From: an uncultured Eubacteriales bacterium
Lineage (GTDB): Bacteria; Bacillota; Clostridia; Lachnospirales; Bianqueaceae
Length of the DNA stretch: 64,000 bases
Direction: 5' to 3'
Assembly: GCA_902493345.1 (NCBI GenBank)
Contig: CABUPM010000001.1
Coordinates: forward strand, 14,126-78,125
Part shown: positions 26,114 to 35,930 of the stretch, one piece after another
How the letters are laid out: every line of letters starts with the position of its first letter
How positions within the stretch are numbered: position 1 is the stretch's first letter
Made by a program: the position numbers and the translations under genes
The notes under the pieces: model-generated
What the model was told of the DNA's origin: nothing
What the model saw: only the letters and a program-made list of their open reading frames with translations
The model's database searches: none

Positions 26114-27277
26114 TTATATGTTTTTATATTTGGCGTTCTGTGTTCGAATGCCCGCGTACCCGTTCATGACAAGACCAATACCTGCCATATTGGAGACCAG
26201 TGAACTCAGGCCATAACTCATAAATGGCAGAGGAATGCCGGTATTGGGCAACATGGCAGTCGTAACACCGATGTGAATAAAAGACTGCATGGCAATCCAG
26301 GTGGCAACTCCCACGCACAGAAGTTTTCCATACAAATCCTCTGCTTTGGATCCAATCCAAAGGATTCGGCCGACCAACAAAATCAGCAGAATGAACATCA
26401 CACTGCAGCCAACAAACCCCAATTCTTCGCCGAGAATGCCAAACAGAAAATCCGTCATCGGTACAGGTACAAGGCCGCTTCCATTAAAGAGTCCCAGCCC
26501 CTGCAATCCTCCGGAACTAATCGCATATTTAGAACGCAGTGTTTGATAGGCGTAGCTTTGCGCGTAGCTCTCCGGATCAAAGAAGGCCCAGATTCTTGTT
26601 GCCTGATAATAGTTCAGGATTTTCGGACCTTCCGGATTGTATGCATCGGTGAGAACAACATAGAGGACAATTGCGATAACCAATATAGCAGCCGCAATAT
26701 ACTTCCAGTCCAATCCGGATACGAAAATCATAGCAGCGCCGATACAAACCATAACCATAGAAGTGGACAGATCCGGCTCCTTGATTACTAGGAGAACCGG
26801 TACGGCAAGCAAGATCGCATAGAGAACCAAAGTAGAAAACTTACCGATGCTCTCTGCACGGAGATCGCAAAAGCGGGCCAACGCAACGATCATCAGGAAT
26901 TTTGCGAATTCAGATGGCTGAAGATTAAAACCGCCGATAAAGGGAATCCAGCGCCTTACATCTGCTTCCTCTCCTGCGTCCGATGTACCTACTCCGATCA
27001 GGAGAACCAATACCAGTAAGAAGATCATTCCCAGATAAGCCGGCACAGATAAAAACTTCAGCAGCTCTCGACTCATAAAGAGTACAACAAAGGCAATAAT
27101 CAAACCCAAAACGAGCCCCATCAGCTGACGCGTCATAATCGGACCGATAGAAAAACGTTCCAAATCCGGTTCCCAACCGCCGGCACTGCCAATCATGACG
27201 ATGCCCATAAGCGTCATCAATAATACAAGGCTCAGCAAGGTAAAGTCAATCCTGCTCAGAATACGTCTCTCTTTCAT
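26114..27277 (-). CDS. rodA: SEDS peptidoglycan polymerase RodA (FtsW/RodA/SpoVE family)
   Basis: 10-TM SEDS protein next to mrdA. ATG 27277 follows GAAGAGG; the ORF-track TTG 27307 is rejected. Confidence 0.85.
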   Translation of the reverse strand: MKERRILSRIDFTLLSLVLLMTLMGIVMIGSAGGWEPDLERFSIGPIMTRQLMGLVLGLIIAFVVLFMSRELLKFLSVPAYLGMIFLLVLVLLIGVGTSDAGEEADVRRWIPFIGGFNLQPSEFAKFLMIVALARFCDLRAESIGKFSTLVLYAILLAVPVLLVIKEPDLSTSMVMVCIGAAMIFVSGLDWKYIAAAILVIAIVLYVVLTDAYNPEGPKILNYYQATRIWAFFDPESYAQSYAYQTLRSKYAISSGGLQGLGLFNGSGLVPVPMTDFLFGILGEELGFVGCSVMFILLILLVGRILWIGSKAEDLYGKLLCVGVATWIAMQSFIHIGVTTAMLPNTGIPLPFMSYGLSSLVSNMAGIGLVMNGYAGIRTQNAKYKNI

Positions 27278-27344
27278 CAGTATAACCTCTTCACGCAAAT
27301 TTTGCAAGTCTAAAATGATAAAAAACCGAAAAATATTTTTCTTT

Positions 27345-30071
27345 TTATGATACTATTGCATAATATGCTTCTGCCAGACGCACAAAAGTATCTATGGCAC
27401 GGGAAGAACCTCCACCGAACGGAATGACAATTGTTACGGTAATATCGGGGTCGTCTACATTGGTATACCCCGTAAACAAAGCATGGTCCGGGCGGTCATT
27501 CAATTCCTGCGCTGTACCGGTTTTACCGGCCAGGGTAATTCCGCTGCGCTCCATGAAATCCGACAGCACACTGGTCGAGGCGGCCATGGACACCATCCCC
27601 TGACGGACGGTATCAAACGTGGATTGGGAAACATCGGCCTGACGCACGACCGGTTCGCTCTGATAGAGGACTGTTCCGGAATAATCTACAATGCGGTCGA
27701 CCAGATATAGATCATATACAGCGCCGTTTTCCGCGAGAGTTGAGGTGTATCGGTTGATATTGGCCGGCGTATAGGCATTGGTGCCCTGTCCGATAGCGCT
27801 GCGGACCGCATCCTGTGTAGAACTTACCGGCGTAGCCTCTGCCAATTCAATCCCGGTCAGTTCACACAGTCCCAGTTCTTTGGCATATCGGGTAAGCTTG
27901 GCCAGGCCAACGGCGTCATTAAATTCTTCATCGACGGGATCGGACAGGCGATATCCCATTGTATAGAAGTAATAATTACAAGATACACGGAGCGCATCAA
28001 CGACATTGATACTGCCATGGCTCGTGGTGCTGTGGCATACGGGTTTGTCGTCACTGTTGGCCAGCATAAAACGATAAGCATCGTAGATGGTTTCCTGGGC
28101 ATCTGTCACTCCGTACTCCAATGCGGTAACAGCGGTACACATCTTATAGGTCGAGCCCGGAGCCCGAGCCTCCAGCAATGCCCGGAATAAGAGCGGCGAA
28201 GAAGCGTTATTGATGATCTGTGAATAATAGGCGGCGTCCGATGTGATTCGGTTGTTATCATAGGATGGATAACTGACCATGGCCAGTACCTCTCCGCTGT
28301 CCGAATCCGTAATGACTGCACTGCCGCTGCAGGGATCCAGGTTGATATCCGAGGGCGTAATCTCATTCTGACGAATTTTCTGAATCAGCACAGTTTCAGC
28401 TGTTACATACCCGGAACGCAGAGAATCACGGGTTCCGTCAGAAGCATCCAGAACGCCTGCATCATATAACAGCAGCAAAAACTCTTCTTCTGAATAGACG
28501 CCGGATTTTAAAAGGCGTCCATAGAGGATCTCCTGAAAAGAGGTGTTTTCCTTTAATTTTTCCATTTCCTGACGAACAACGGTATCGATGATAACATCAA
28601 CATCCATCTCGTGTTCCAGACCGTATTGTTCCAGATCCAGCATGTTGTTGTAGATACAGTACTCCAGAAACTCATATGCTGTCTTTTCACCGGCAGCGTA
28701 TTGATCATAAAACGCTCCGGCCTTTTGATAATCACTGCTTAAAACGCCTTCGGCATCACGCATGATTTCAATCAATGAATTGTATAGCTGCATCAAATCA
28801 GAATCATATTGCTGAATCTGCAGCGACGGGTTCAGTACGGTATCCATGAGTGTATTGATCTGCGTATTGGCATACTGTAGGTAGATCTTCTGAAAAGAAG
28901 ATCCATAGGTTCCCGTAGCCGACATCAAGGCCTCTGGCTGCAGAAAACCGTTTTCCAGAAGCGCGATCAGCACATCGGACGCGGAATATTCCGAGCCGTT
29001 GATCGTACTGACTCCGGTGATTTTTTCAATTAAAAGGGATTTGATCTTTTCAACTAGAATCGTATAAGCCTGCTGCTGCAGGTCCTGATCGATGGTCAGA
29101 TAGATATCATTGCCCTTGGTCGCTTCCTGTACGGTCTCACGGGAAACCTCAGCATTGGTAAGACTGTTGTAGGTGACCTTTACCATACCCTGTGTTCCAC
29201 GCAGAGAGGATTCATAGACAGCTTCCAGACCCTCGATACCGATAGAATCGTCCGGATCATAACCGCGATCCTGATACTCTTCCAGCCGACTGTCCGGGAT
29301 ACTGCTCATATAGCCAATGATATGAGCAAAGGCCTCTCCTCCCGGATACACACGGTTTTCGCGCATCAAAAACTCCAGCCCGGGATATTCCTGACTGCGC
29401 TCGGAAAGGGTGACCCGCAGAGCCTCTGGAAGATTGGAAGCAATCAAAATGGGCTCATCGGTCTTGAATCTCTGATTGTAAATCGCATATCTTAGACGCA
29501 TGATCTCCAGAATATCCTGTATACTATAAATACTCTGGGAAATCTCAAAAAGCTCATCCCGCATAAAGAGATAGGCCTCTTCTGCTGTTGTACGCTTCTC
29601 CTCCGCTGTCAGCTGCGTGCTGGACTTACTGTACATATCCGCCAGGAAAAGCTGACGCAGTACCGCACTGTCTTGATATTCACTATAATAATAGAAACCG
29701 CGGCTCTCTGAATATCCAATGGCAAAAGCCAGTACGGTTTTGACGTTATTGTCCTCAAGAACCTTGGCGATTTTATGGCACAGAGCATTCAGATCCTCTG
29801 TCTGCACAGAAGAATCATAGTATAAGGACCAGGTATATTCATTATAGGCAAGCGCTCTTCCGTAGCGATCATAGATCTCCCCGCGGGTCCCGTCTGTAAC
29901 CGCTGTACTGACATAGGTTCCGGGATCCAACTCATCATAGGTTCTGGAATTCAACACCTGTAATTTAAAGAGGTTTTGCCACAAAAAGAATAGGATCACC
30001 GCAAATACCATGGCCAGAATGACCATCCGATTGGTAAAAAGTCCCCGCAGCCTCCGCAATAATTCTCTCAA
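27345..30071 (-). CDS. mrdA: Penicillin-binding protein 2 (elongasome transpeptidase), unusually long (908 aa)
   Basis: N-terminal TM. SxxK = STYK (Ser640), SxN = SCN, KTG = KTGT. Roughly 230 extra residues lie between the LTIDQDLQ motif and GSAVITDSDSGEVLAMVSYPSYD. Confidence 0.9.
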   Translation of the reverse strand: MRELLRRLRGLFTNRMVILAMVFAVILFFLWQNLFKLQVLNSRTYDELDPGTYVSTAVTDGTRGEIYDRYGRALAYNEYTWSLYYDSSVQTEDLNALCHKIAKVLEDNNVKTVLAFAIGYSESRGFYYYSEYQDSAVLRQLFLADMYSKSSTQLTAEEKRTTAEEAYLFMRDELFEISQSIYSIQDILEIMRLRYAIYNQRFKTDEPILIASNLPEALRVTLSERSQEYPGLEFLMRENRVYPGGEAFAHIIGYMSSIPDSRLEEYQDRGYDPDDSIGIEGLEAVYESSLRGTQGMVKVTYNSLTNAEVSRETVQEATKGNDIYLTIDQDLQQQAYTILVEKIKSLLIEKITGVSTINGSEYSASDVLIALLENGFLQPEALMSATGTYGSSFQKIYLQYANTQINTLMDTVLNPSLQIQQYDSDLMQLYNSLIEIMRDAEGVLSSDYQKAGAFYDQYAAGEKTAYEFLEYCIYNNMLDLEQYGLEHEMDVDVIIDTVVRQEMEKLKENTSFQEILYGRLLKSGVYSEEEFLLLLYDAGVLDASDGTRDSLRSGYVTAETVLIQKIRQNEITPSDINLDPCSGSAVITDSDSGEVLAMVSYPSYDNNRITSDAAYYSQIINNASSPLLFRALLEARAPGSTYKMCTAVTALEYGVTDAQETIYDAYRFMLANSDDKPVCHSTTSHGSINVVDALRVSCNYYFYTMGYRLSDPVDEEFNDAVGLAKLTRYAKELGLCELTGIELAEATPVSSTQDAVRSAIGQGTNAYTPANINRYTSTLAENGAVYDLYLVDRIVDYSGTVLYQSEPVVRQADVSQSTFDTVRQGMVSMAASTSVLSDFMERSGITLAGKTGTAQELNDRPDHALFTGYTNVDDPDITVTIVIPFGGGSSRAIDTFVRLAEAYYAIVS

Positions 30072-30072
30072 T

Positions 30073-30630
30073 TTACTTTTCGCTCCTTAATTCAAAGGGC
30101 ATACTCCCCTCTGCCGCCTGATGACGATGCTTTTCAAAGAGACGCTCTAAACGTACTCCTAAAAAGCGAATCAGGAAATACACCGGAATCGATGCGACCA
30201 TCGTATATACCAATTCCGGAAGAATGGTTGAATTCAAATAGAACAGAACGTCAATCCTTCCCTGAAAGAAATGAAAGAAAAGATAACATATACAGGAAAA
30301 GACAAAATCAAACAATGCCGTAATCGTCAGGGAAAGCAGAAGGTTATTCTGGTCAAAGCCGTTCTTGAATAGCCCGGCCAGCTGTCCCACCAGAAAATAC
30401 AACAGTGTAAAGAAACCAAGAACATTCAAAAAAAGTACATCCTGAAGAAAGCCGATCCATAGTCCCAGACGGCGTCCAAAGGCGCTGCCGAAGAGTAAGG
30501 AACAGCTGACAACCATACACAGGGATAGATTGGGAAGAATCCCATAGATCGCAATTTTGTGAAGAATCGTGGATTCTACGGCAATACACAGTACAGCGAG
30601 AATCCACATAATCAAAGCGCGTCCCTTCAT
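30073..30630 (-). CDS. mreD: Rod shape-determining protein MreD
   Basis: 185-aa polytopic membrane protein, overlapping the mreC stop, in the canonical position. Confidence 0.85.
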   Translation of the reverse strand: MKGRALIMWILAVLCIAVESTILHKIAIYGILPNLSLCMVVSCSLLFGSAFGRRLGLWIGFLQDVLFLNVLGFFTLLYFLVGQLAGLFKNGFDQNNLLLSLTITALFDFVFSCICYLFFHFFQGRIDVLFYLNSTILPELVYTMVASIPVYFLIRFLGVRLERLFEKHRHQAAEGSMPFELRSEK

Positions 30631-31694
30631 GGCTCGTTCCCTTCCTGCGAAGAAGCACTGTCTTCCGGCGCAGAAGTATCTTCCGGAGAACTGGTCTGTC
30701 CGGTAAGGCCGGATACATCCGGGCCCTGCGTCTGATTGGCCGGAACCGCTTCCTCTATTGTCAGATTCGGCTTCTTGGAATTATCGGTAACAATCAATAC
30801 ATAGGACAGATTTTCCAGCTCCGCAAAGGGCTCTACGTAGGCGATGCCGGTGATACCGTCGCCCTTTTCCTCGATCTTGATCACTTTTCCGATCCGAATC
30901 CCTGGAGGATATACATTGCTCATGGAGGAGGTTACAATCTCATCTCCGACGGCAATATCGACCTGCTGAATGTAGAATTCGATTTTGCATAATCCGTCCC
31001 GCTCCAGCGCGGCATCTCCCTCTACGCCTACATGATCTCCGCTGCGCAGAACTTCGCCGTAGACATAGTTATCTTCGGAAACCAGGAGAGAGATTCTGGA
31101 ATAGTGCTGATAGACTGTATCCACATGTCCCAGAAGGCCGCCTCCGGACAGAACCGGCATATATTCTGTAATACCATCCAGCGCGCCCTTATCAATCGTC
31201 ATAGAGTGATACCAGTTGCTGGGCGACTGGGCGATGATCTGCGCCGCTTCCTTCGGATAATCGGCATAATACTCATCCAGATCATAGAGCTGATTGAGCT
31301 CGTCCATCCGGGTAAGCTTTACCTGCTGCAGGGTATTTTCATATTGCAGGGCCTCCAGCTGCTGCTTGAGCCGCTCATTTTCTTTACGCAGAGCGTCGGT
31401 ATCTTCCAGACGCGTGCCCAGAGAGCCGAACCAGCTGCCGATCGCGTTCATTGTCTGCTGGATCGGAGAGGCAATCGTATTGAAAACGGTATTGAGCGGT
31501 CCCCAGGTCCGGCCCAGAGACAGGGTAACGATCATCAGGATGACGCATAGAATACTGATGGTCACAATCCGCCGCCGCAGCGGCATATGGAATCGATGAC
31601 GTCCCTTCTCGATCTTCAATGGTTTCAGATCCCGAAGGGGAACCTTGGTCAGATCCCGAATAGAACTGTAAAAGGATTTTCTTTTCTTTGCCAT
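30627..31694 (-). CDS. mreC: Rod shape-determining protein MreC
   Basis: N-terminal TM, coiled coil (LRKENERLKQQLEALQYEN) and beta-barrel domains. Ser/Pro/Glu-rich tail. Confidence 0.9.
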   Translation of the reverse strand: MAKKRKSFYSSIRDLTKVPLRDLKPLKIEKGRHRFHMPLRRRIVTISILCVILMIVTLSLGRTWGPLNTVFNTIASPIQQTMNAIGSWFGSLGTRLEDTDALRKENERLKQQLEALQYENTLQQVKLTRMDELNQLYDLDEYYADYPKEAAQIIAQSPSNWYHSMTIDKGALDGITEYMPVLSGGGLLGHVDTVYQHYSRISLLVSEDNYVYGEVLRSGDHVGVEGDAALERDGLCKIEFYIQQVDIAVGDEIVTSSMSNVYPPGIRIGKVIKIEEKGDGITGIAYVEPFAELENLSYVLIVTDNSKKPNLTIEEAVPANQTQGPDVSGLTGQTSSPEDTSAPEDSASSQEGNEP

Positions 31695-31704
31695 GATCCG
31701 CTCC

Positions 31705-32739
31705 TTATATAAAGCTGCGAAGGGGAACCAGTGCGTTTTTGTATTTCTTAAGATTCTCCAATACCAGTCCGCCGCCGGTGACGACAGCGGAGGTCGGATC
31801 CTCTAAGAGAGTAACCTTCATGCCGGTCTTTTCGGCCAGAACCCGATCCAGACCGCGCAGAAGCGCGCTCCCGCCGGAAAGCGCCATGCCGTTCTCCATA
31901 ATATCTGCCGCCAGTTCCGGCGGTGTGTGTTCCAAAGTCCCCAGAACTGCCTCGGCAATGGCGTCGACCGATTCACGGATGGCCATTGCCGCCTGAAAAT
32001 TGGTGATCTCTACAATTTTAGGCAGACCGCTTTCGCAGTCCCGGCCCTTGATCTCCATCTTCTCCTCTTCCATGTATGGGTCAAAATACGCATTGGCCAG
32101 ACGAATCTTGATCTGCTCGGCGGTACGTTCTCCGATCAGAAGGTTGAATTCTCTTTGGACAAATTTTACAATCTGCTGGTCCATCGTATCTCCGGCGATT
32201 TTGATCGAGCGGCTTGTCACGACGCCGCCCAGAGAAACGATGGCAACCTCTGTCAACCCGCCGCCGATGTCTACGATCATATTGCCTGTGGGAGCCATAA
32301 CATTCATTCCGGCTGCAATGGCTGTAGCGACCGGCTGTTCCAGAAGATAGGTGCCGGAATCACTGAAGCCGGCCTGCACCGCAACATCGACCAGAACACG
32401 CCGTTCCATATCCGTAAGTCCGTAAGGAATACAGATAACAAGCTTGGGACGGAACATGGGAAGTACGCTGCAGTGCAGATAACGCATGAAATAACGGAAC
32501 ATGGCTTTGGTAATAATCAGATCGTTTACGGTTCCGTGCTGAATCGGACGCACCGAGAGAACATCCCCAGGGGTTCGGCCGATCATTCCTTTGGCCTCGT
32601 CTCCTACGGCGATGACTTCACGGTCCACCACATTAAACGCACAGGCGCTGGGCTCGTTCAGAACGATGCCCGTCCCCTGCGCATAGACTCTTGTATTTGA
32701 GGAACCCAGATCGATTGCCAGGTTCTTGGTCAGCAGCAT
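31705..32739 (-). CDS. mreB: Actin-like rod shape protein MreB
   Basis: IDLGSSNTRVY, DIGGGLTEVAIVSLGG and SGGSALLRGLD actin-fold motifs. Confidence 0.95.
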   Translation of the reverse strand: MLLTKNLAIDLGSSNTRVYAQGTGIVLNEPSACAFNVVDREVIAVGDEAKGMIGRTPGDVLSVRPIQHGTVNDLIITKAMFRYFMRYLHCSVLPMFRPKLVICIPYGLTDMERRVLVDVAVQAGFSDSGTYLLEQPVATAIAAGMNVMAPTGNMIVDIGGGLTEVAIVSLGGVVTSRSIKIAGDTMDQQIVKFVQREFNLLIGERTAEQIKIRLANAYFDPYMEEEKMEIKGRDCESGLPKIVEITNFQAAMAIRESVDAIAEAVLGTLEHTPPELAADIMENGMALSGGSALLRGLDRVLAEKTGMKVTLLEDPTSAVVTGGGLVLENLKKYKNALVPLRSFI

Positions 32740-32755
32740 AATAATTCCTCCTCTA

Positions 32756-33466
32756 TTATAAAAGCCCCTCCTCCTTCATGGAAAAGAAGACTCCGTCGCC
32801 GATTACAATGTGATCCAGCAGTTTGATTTCCAACAGCTTTCCGGCCTCGGTAAGCTTTCGCGTTCCGTGTATATCCGCTGTGCTGGGAGTCGGATCGCCG
32901 CTGGGATGGTTATGAATCAATATAAAATGAACGGCCTTATGCTTTACGGCTTCAAGAAATATCTCTCTTGTGCTTAAAAGCGCCTGATTGACGCTTCCGA
33001 CAGACAGCTGCGTTTCTCCTAGAATACGCAGACGGTTGTCCAGCCAGATACCGTAGATCTCCTCTTTTTGCAGATCCCGCAGAAGAGGTATGTATTTCTG
33101 CGCAAGATCCGACGCTGAGGATATAGGGGAAGTACTGCCGGCCGTACGAACGGATAACCGGCGGGCAATCTCTGCCGCTGCCGTAAGCTGCAGTGCCTTG
33201 ACGCGTCCGATTCCGGGAAAGCGTATAAGCTCTTGTACAGATAAAGCAAACAAGACGGATAGTGCACCGGCGCCCTCTCTGGGCGTACATTCCCGAAGCA
33301 GCCGGCGGCTGAGTTCCAGCGCGCTCTCCCCTGCTCTGCCGTTTCTGAGAAGGATGGCCAGAAGCTCCGCGTCGGAAAGCGCGGATGCCCCATAGCGCGT
33401 CATACGTTCGTATGGACGCTCCTCCTCCGGTAATTCCTTCATGGTGTAATTTTCTGTATGCTCCAT
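32756..33466 (-). CDS. radC: RadC-family JAB-domain protein
   Basis: HhH N-terminus (SDAELLAILLRNG) and the JAMM motif HNHPSGDPTPS. Confidence 0.9.
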   Translation of the reverse strand: MEHTENYTMKELPEEERPYERMTRYGASALSDAELLAILLRNGRAGESALELSRRLLRECTPREGAGALSVLFALSVQELIRFPGIGRVKALQLTAAAEIARRLSVRTAGSTSPISSASDLAQKYIPLLRDLQKEEIYGIWLDNRLRILGETQLSVGSVNQALLSTREIFLEAVKHKAVHFILIHNHPSGDPTPSTADIHGTRKLTEAGKLLEIKLLDHIVIGDGVFFSMKEEGLL

Positions 33467-33521
33467 ATTCTTACTCCTTTCTGAGGAGAAGAATGAGCTT
33501 CTAACAAAGTATGAGTGAGAA

Positions 33522-33776
33522 TCAGATAAAACGGTGAATCAGCATGGATATGATCAGACCGATGATGGACGCGATTGTGATTCGAAACTGCAGACCCAGC
33601 GTAAGCGCAAAAAAGCCAAGCTCCAGCGTTTGCGCGCCGAATCCGAAGGTATATCCGAAGTTAAGCCAGGACAGCCAGGAGATCCCTCCCAGAGCTTCGC
33701 CAATAAAGGCGCCAAGCACATAGCCAATTAAAATAAACAATACATAGGTCCAACCGCTTTTTCCCTTAAATGCCAT
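33522..33776 (-). CDS. Small membrane protein (DUF4321-like, 84 aa)
   Basis: ATG 33776 follows AAAGGAGG. Two TM helices. This is the conserved slot upstream of radC/mreB in Clostridia. The ORF-track start 33866 is rejected. Confidence 0.7.
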   Translation of the reverse strand: MAFKGKSGWTYVLFILIGYVLGAFIGEALGGISWLSWLNFGYTFGFGAQTLELGFFALTLGLQFRITIASIIGLIISMLIHRFI

Positions 33777-33806
33777 ATTACAGCCTCCTTTATCCGATAC
33801 TCGAAT

Positions 33807-33835
33807 ATCATACCACAAAAAAAAAATCCTGTAAA
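33807..33835 (-). promoter_or_regulatory. Sigma-A-type promoter for DUF4321-radC-mre cluster
   Basis: Minus strand TTTACA-17 nt-TATGAT (TGg extended). Confidence 0.55.
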
Positions 33836-33925
33836 TACCGCTGGGGCAATCGAGAAAAAAAATCACGGAAGGAGTATATATGCAGGATTGTTGAGTGAAA
33901 AATACAAGACCATTTGGAAAATATT

Positions 33926-34741
33926 TTAGAAAAGGGCCGCAGTCTCTATTCCAGAAGCTGCGGCCAATCCATCACAGAATATGAATGACTTTGGCAGGAC
34001 ATTTTTCAACGCATTTTCCGCATTGTGTACATTTGTTGGTATCGATCCGAGCCACATTGCCAGCCATCGCGATGGCGCCGGATTCACATTGCCGTACACA
34101 GAGCGTGCATCCCAAACTTCCTTGCCGCGATCCTGTCCGGAACACTGTACACGGATTCTTTGACGTTTGGCAACAAGACGGATCACATTCTTGGGACATA
34201 CGGACACACAGGCGCCGCAGCCCACGCATTTGGATTCATCTACTTTTGCCAGACCGTTTTCTACATGAATGGCATTGAATTTACAGACTTTGACGCAAGT
34301 GCCAAACCCTAGACAACCGTAAGAACAGGATTTCGGTCCGCCGCCGGGTACAAGGGAAGCCTCCAGACAGCTTGCGACACCGTCGTAACGCATTTTTTCA
34401 TGTACGACACCGCATTCTCCGCTGCACTGTACATAAGCGACTTCTTTTTCTACTGCCTGTACCTTAACACCAAGGACCTCCGCCATCTTCTGGGAAGCCG
34501 CCTCTCCGCCGACAGCGCAGGCATTGATCGGAGCCTCTCCGGAAACGACTGCCTTGGCGTAAGCATCACAGCCGGCATATCCGCAGCCACCGCAATTGGC
34601 GCCGGGCAGCGCGTCACGAATCAATGGAAATTTAGGATCCTGCGGGACGGAAAACTTCTTGGAAACAAGACCGATCCCGATACCGAAAAGAAGTCCCATA
34701 ACCGCAAGAATCAGAAAAGGAATCAATATTTCTATCATCAT
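33926..34741 (-). CDS. rnfB: Rnf complex subunit B; reading frame conflicts with its own C-terminal ferredoxin motif (probable frameshift, corrected end 33972)
   Basis: N-terminal TM, CGGCGYAGC and CVGCGACVSVCP motifs in the main frame. The last motif, GCTLCVRQCESGAIAMAGNVARIDTNKCTQCGKCVEKCPAKVIHIL, is encoded in the -1 frame (ORF 33972..34229). The frame change falls at about 34111-34116. Confidence 0.85.
   Translation of the reverse strand: MMIEILIPFLILAVMGLLFGIGIGLVSKKFSVPQDPKFPLIRDALPGANCGGCGYAGCDAYAKAVVSGEAPINACAVGGEAASQKMAEVLGVKVQAVEKEVAYVQCSGECGVVHEKMRYDGVASCLEASLVPGGGPKSCSYGCLGFGTCVKVCKFNAIHVENGLAKVDESKCVGCGACVSVCPKNVIRLVAKRQRIRVQCSGQDRGKEVWDARSVYGNVNPAPSRWLAMWLGSIPTNVHNAENALKNVLPKSFIFCDGLAAASGIETAALF
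33928..33965 (-). terminator. Terminator of the rnf operon
   Basis: Minus-strand GGCCGCAG-15 nt loop-CUGCGGCC followed by CUUUUCU. It starts 7 nt after the alternative-frame stop at 33972 and lies inside the tail of the 33926..34741 ORF. Confidence 0.7.
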
Positions 34742-34749
34742 GCGCCTCC

Positions 34750-35325
34750 TTATACCAGTCCCTGGAAGCCCAGAAACGCGATTGCCATGAGTCCCGCGCT
34801 GATCAGTGCGATGGGAAAGCCCTCAAAGGCAGAGAGAATTCTATTGTGACAGATCCGCTCACGAACACCGGCAAAAAGTGTGATTCCCAGAGTAAATCCG
34901 ACCGCTGCCGAAAAACCGTTGACGACGGACTCCAGCAGATTGTACCCTTCCTGCATGTTCAGAACGGCAACGCCCAGTACCGCGCAATTGGTCGTAATCA
35001 GAGGAAGGTATACGCCGAGTGCGGAATACAGGGTCGGACTGACCTTCTGAATGACCATCTCCACCATCTGAACCAGAGAGGCGATAACCAGAATAAACGC
35101 GATATTGTACAGATACTCGACTTTAAGGGGCACCAGAATCCAGGCATATACCATGTAGGCAAAGGCGGAAGCAATCGTCATGACAAAGGTTACGGCCAGT
35201 CCCATACCCAGTGCGGTATCGATTCTCTTGGATACGCCGAGAAACGGACAGATGCCAAGAAAACGCGACAGAACAAAATTGTTGACAAAGACGGAGCTTA
35301 TGATAATGAGAAGTAATGTCGGCAT
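34750..35325 (-). CDS. rnfA: Rnf complex subunit A
   Basis: MPTLLLIIISSVFVNNFVLSRFLGICPFLGVS canonical RnfA N-terminus. The ORF-track start 35379 is rejected. Confidence 0.9.
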   Translation of the reverse strand: MPTLLLIIISSVFVNNFVLSRFLGICPFLGVSKRIDTALGMGLAVTFVMTIASAFAYMVYAWILVPLKVEYLYNIAFILVIASLVQMVEMVIQKVSPTLYSALGVYLPLITTNCAVLGVAVLNMQEGYNLLESVVNGFSAAVGFTLGITLFAGVRERICHNRILSAFEGFPIALISAGLMAIAFLGFQGLV

Positions 35326-35326
35326 A

Positions 35327-35929
35327 TTATTGCTCCTTTCTGGACCGCAGATGGTTAAAGATAGCCAATAGGATTCCAAGAGTAAAGAATCCGCCAGGGG
35401 CCATGATCATGATGACTGCCGGAGAGATCGCATCCGGAAGAACCTGCATCCCAAAGAAGGAACCAGCGCCCAGGAATTCACGTACGATTCCCAGAACAGT
35501 CAGAGCCAGCGTAAAGCCTAGTCCCATTCCCATTCCGTCAAAGAGTGAGGATACAGGATCGTTTTTGGAAGCAAAGGCCTCTGCTCTTCCCAGAATGATA
35601 CAGTTTACAACAATCAACGGAATAAAAAGGCCCAGGGCCTGGTATAAGCTCTCGTAGAAAAACGCCTGTAAAAAGAGATCAACAACCGTAACAAAGGTCG
35701 CGATGATGACAATATAGGCGGGAATTCGAATCTTACTGGGAATCACCTTCCGAAGCAGAGAGATCGCTAGATTGGAACACATCAGAACCACCGTGACGGA
35801 GAGGCCCATACCCATACCATTGATGGCGGATGTGGTCGTAGCAAGCGTGGGACACATTCCAAGCACCTGTACAAAGGTCGGGTTTTCTTCGATGATGCCG
35901 CGCTTCAGGCCGGAAATCAATTTGGACAT
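35327..35929 (-). CDS. rnfE: Rnf complex subunit E
   Basis: ENPTFVQVLGMCPTLATTT... and IPLIVVNCIILGRAEAFA, typical of RnfE. Confidence 0.9.
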   Translation of the reverse strand: MSKLISGLKRGIIEENPTFVQVLGMCPTLATTTSAINGMGMGLSVTVVLMCSNLAISLLRKVIPSKIRIPAYIVIIATFVTVVDLFLQAFFYESLYQALGLFIPLIVVNCIILGRAEAFASKNDPVSSLFDGMGMGLGFTLALTVLGIVREFLGAGSFFGMQVLPDAISPAVIMIMAPGGFFTLGILLAIFNHLRSRKEQ

Positions 35930-35930
35930 A

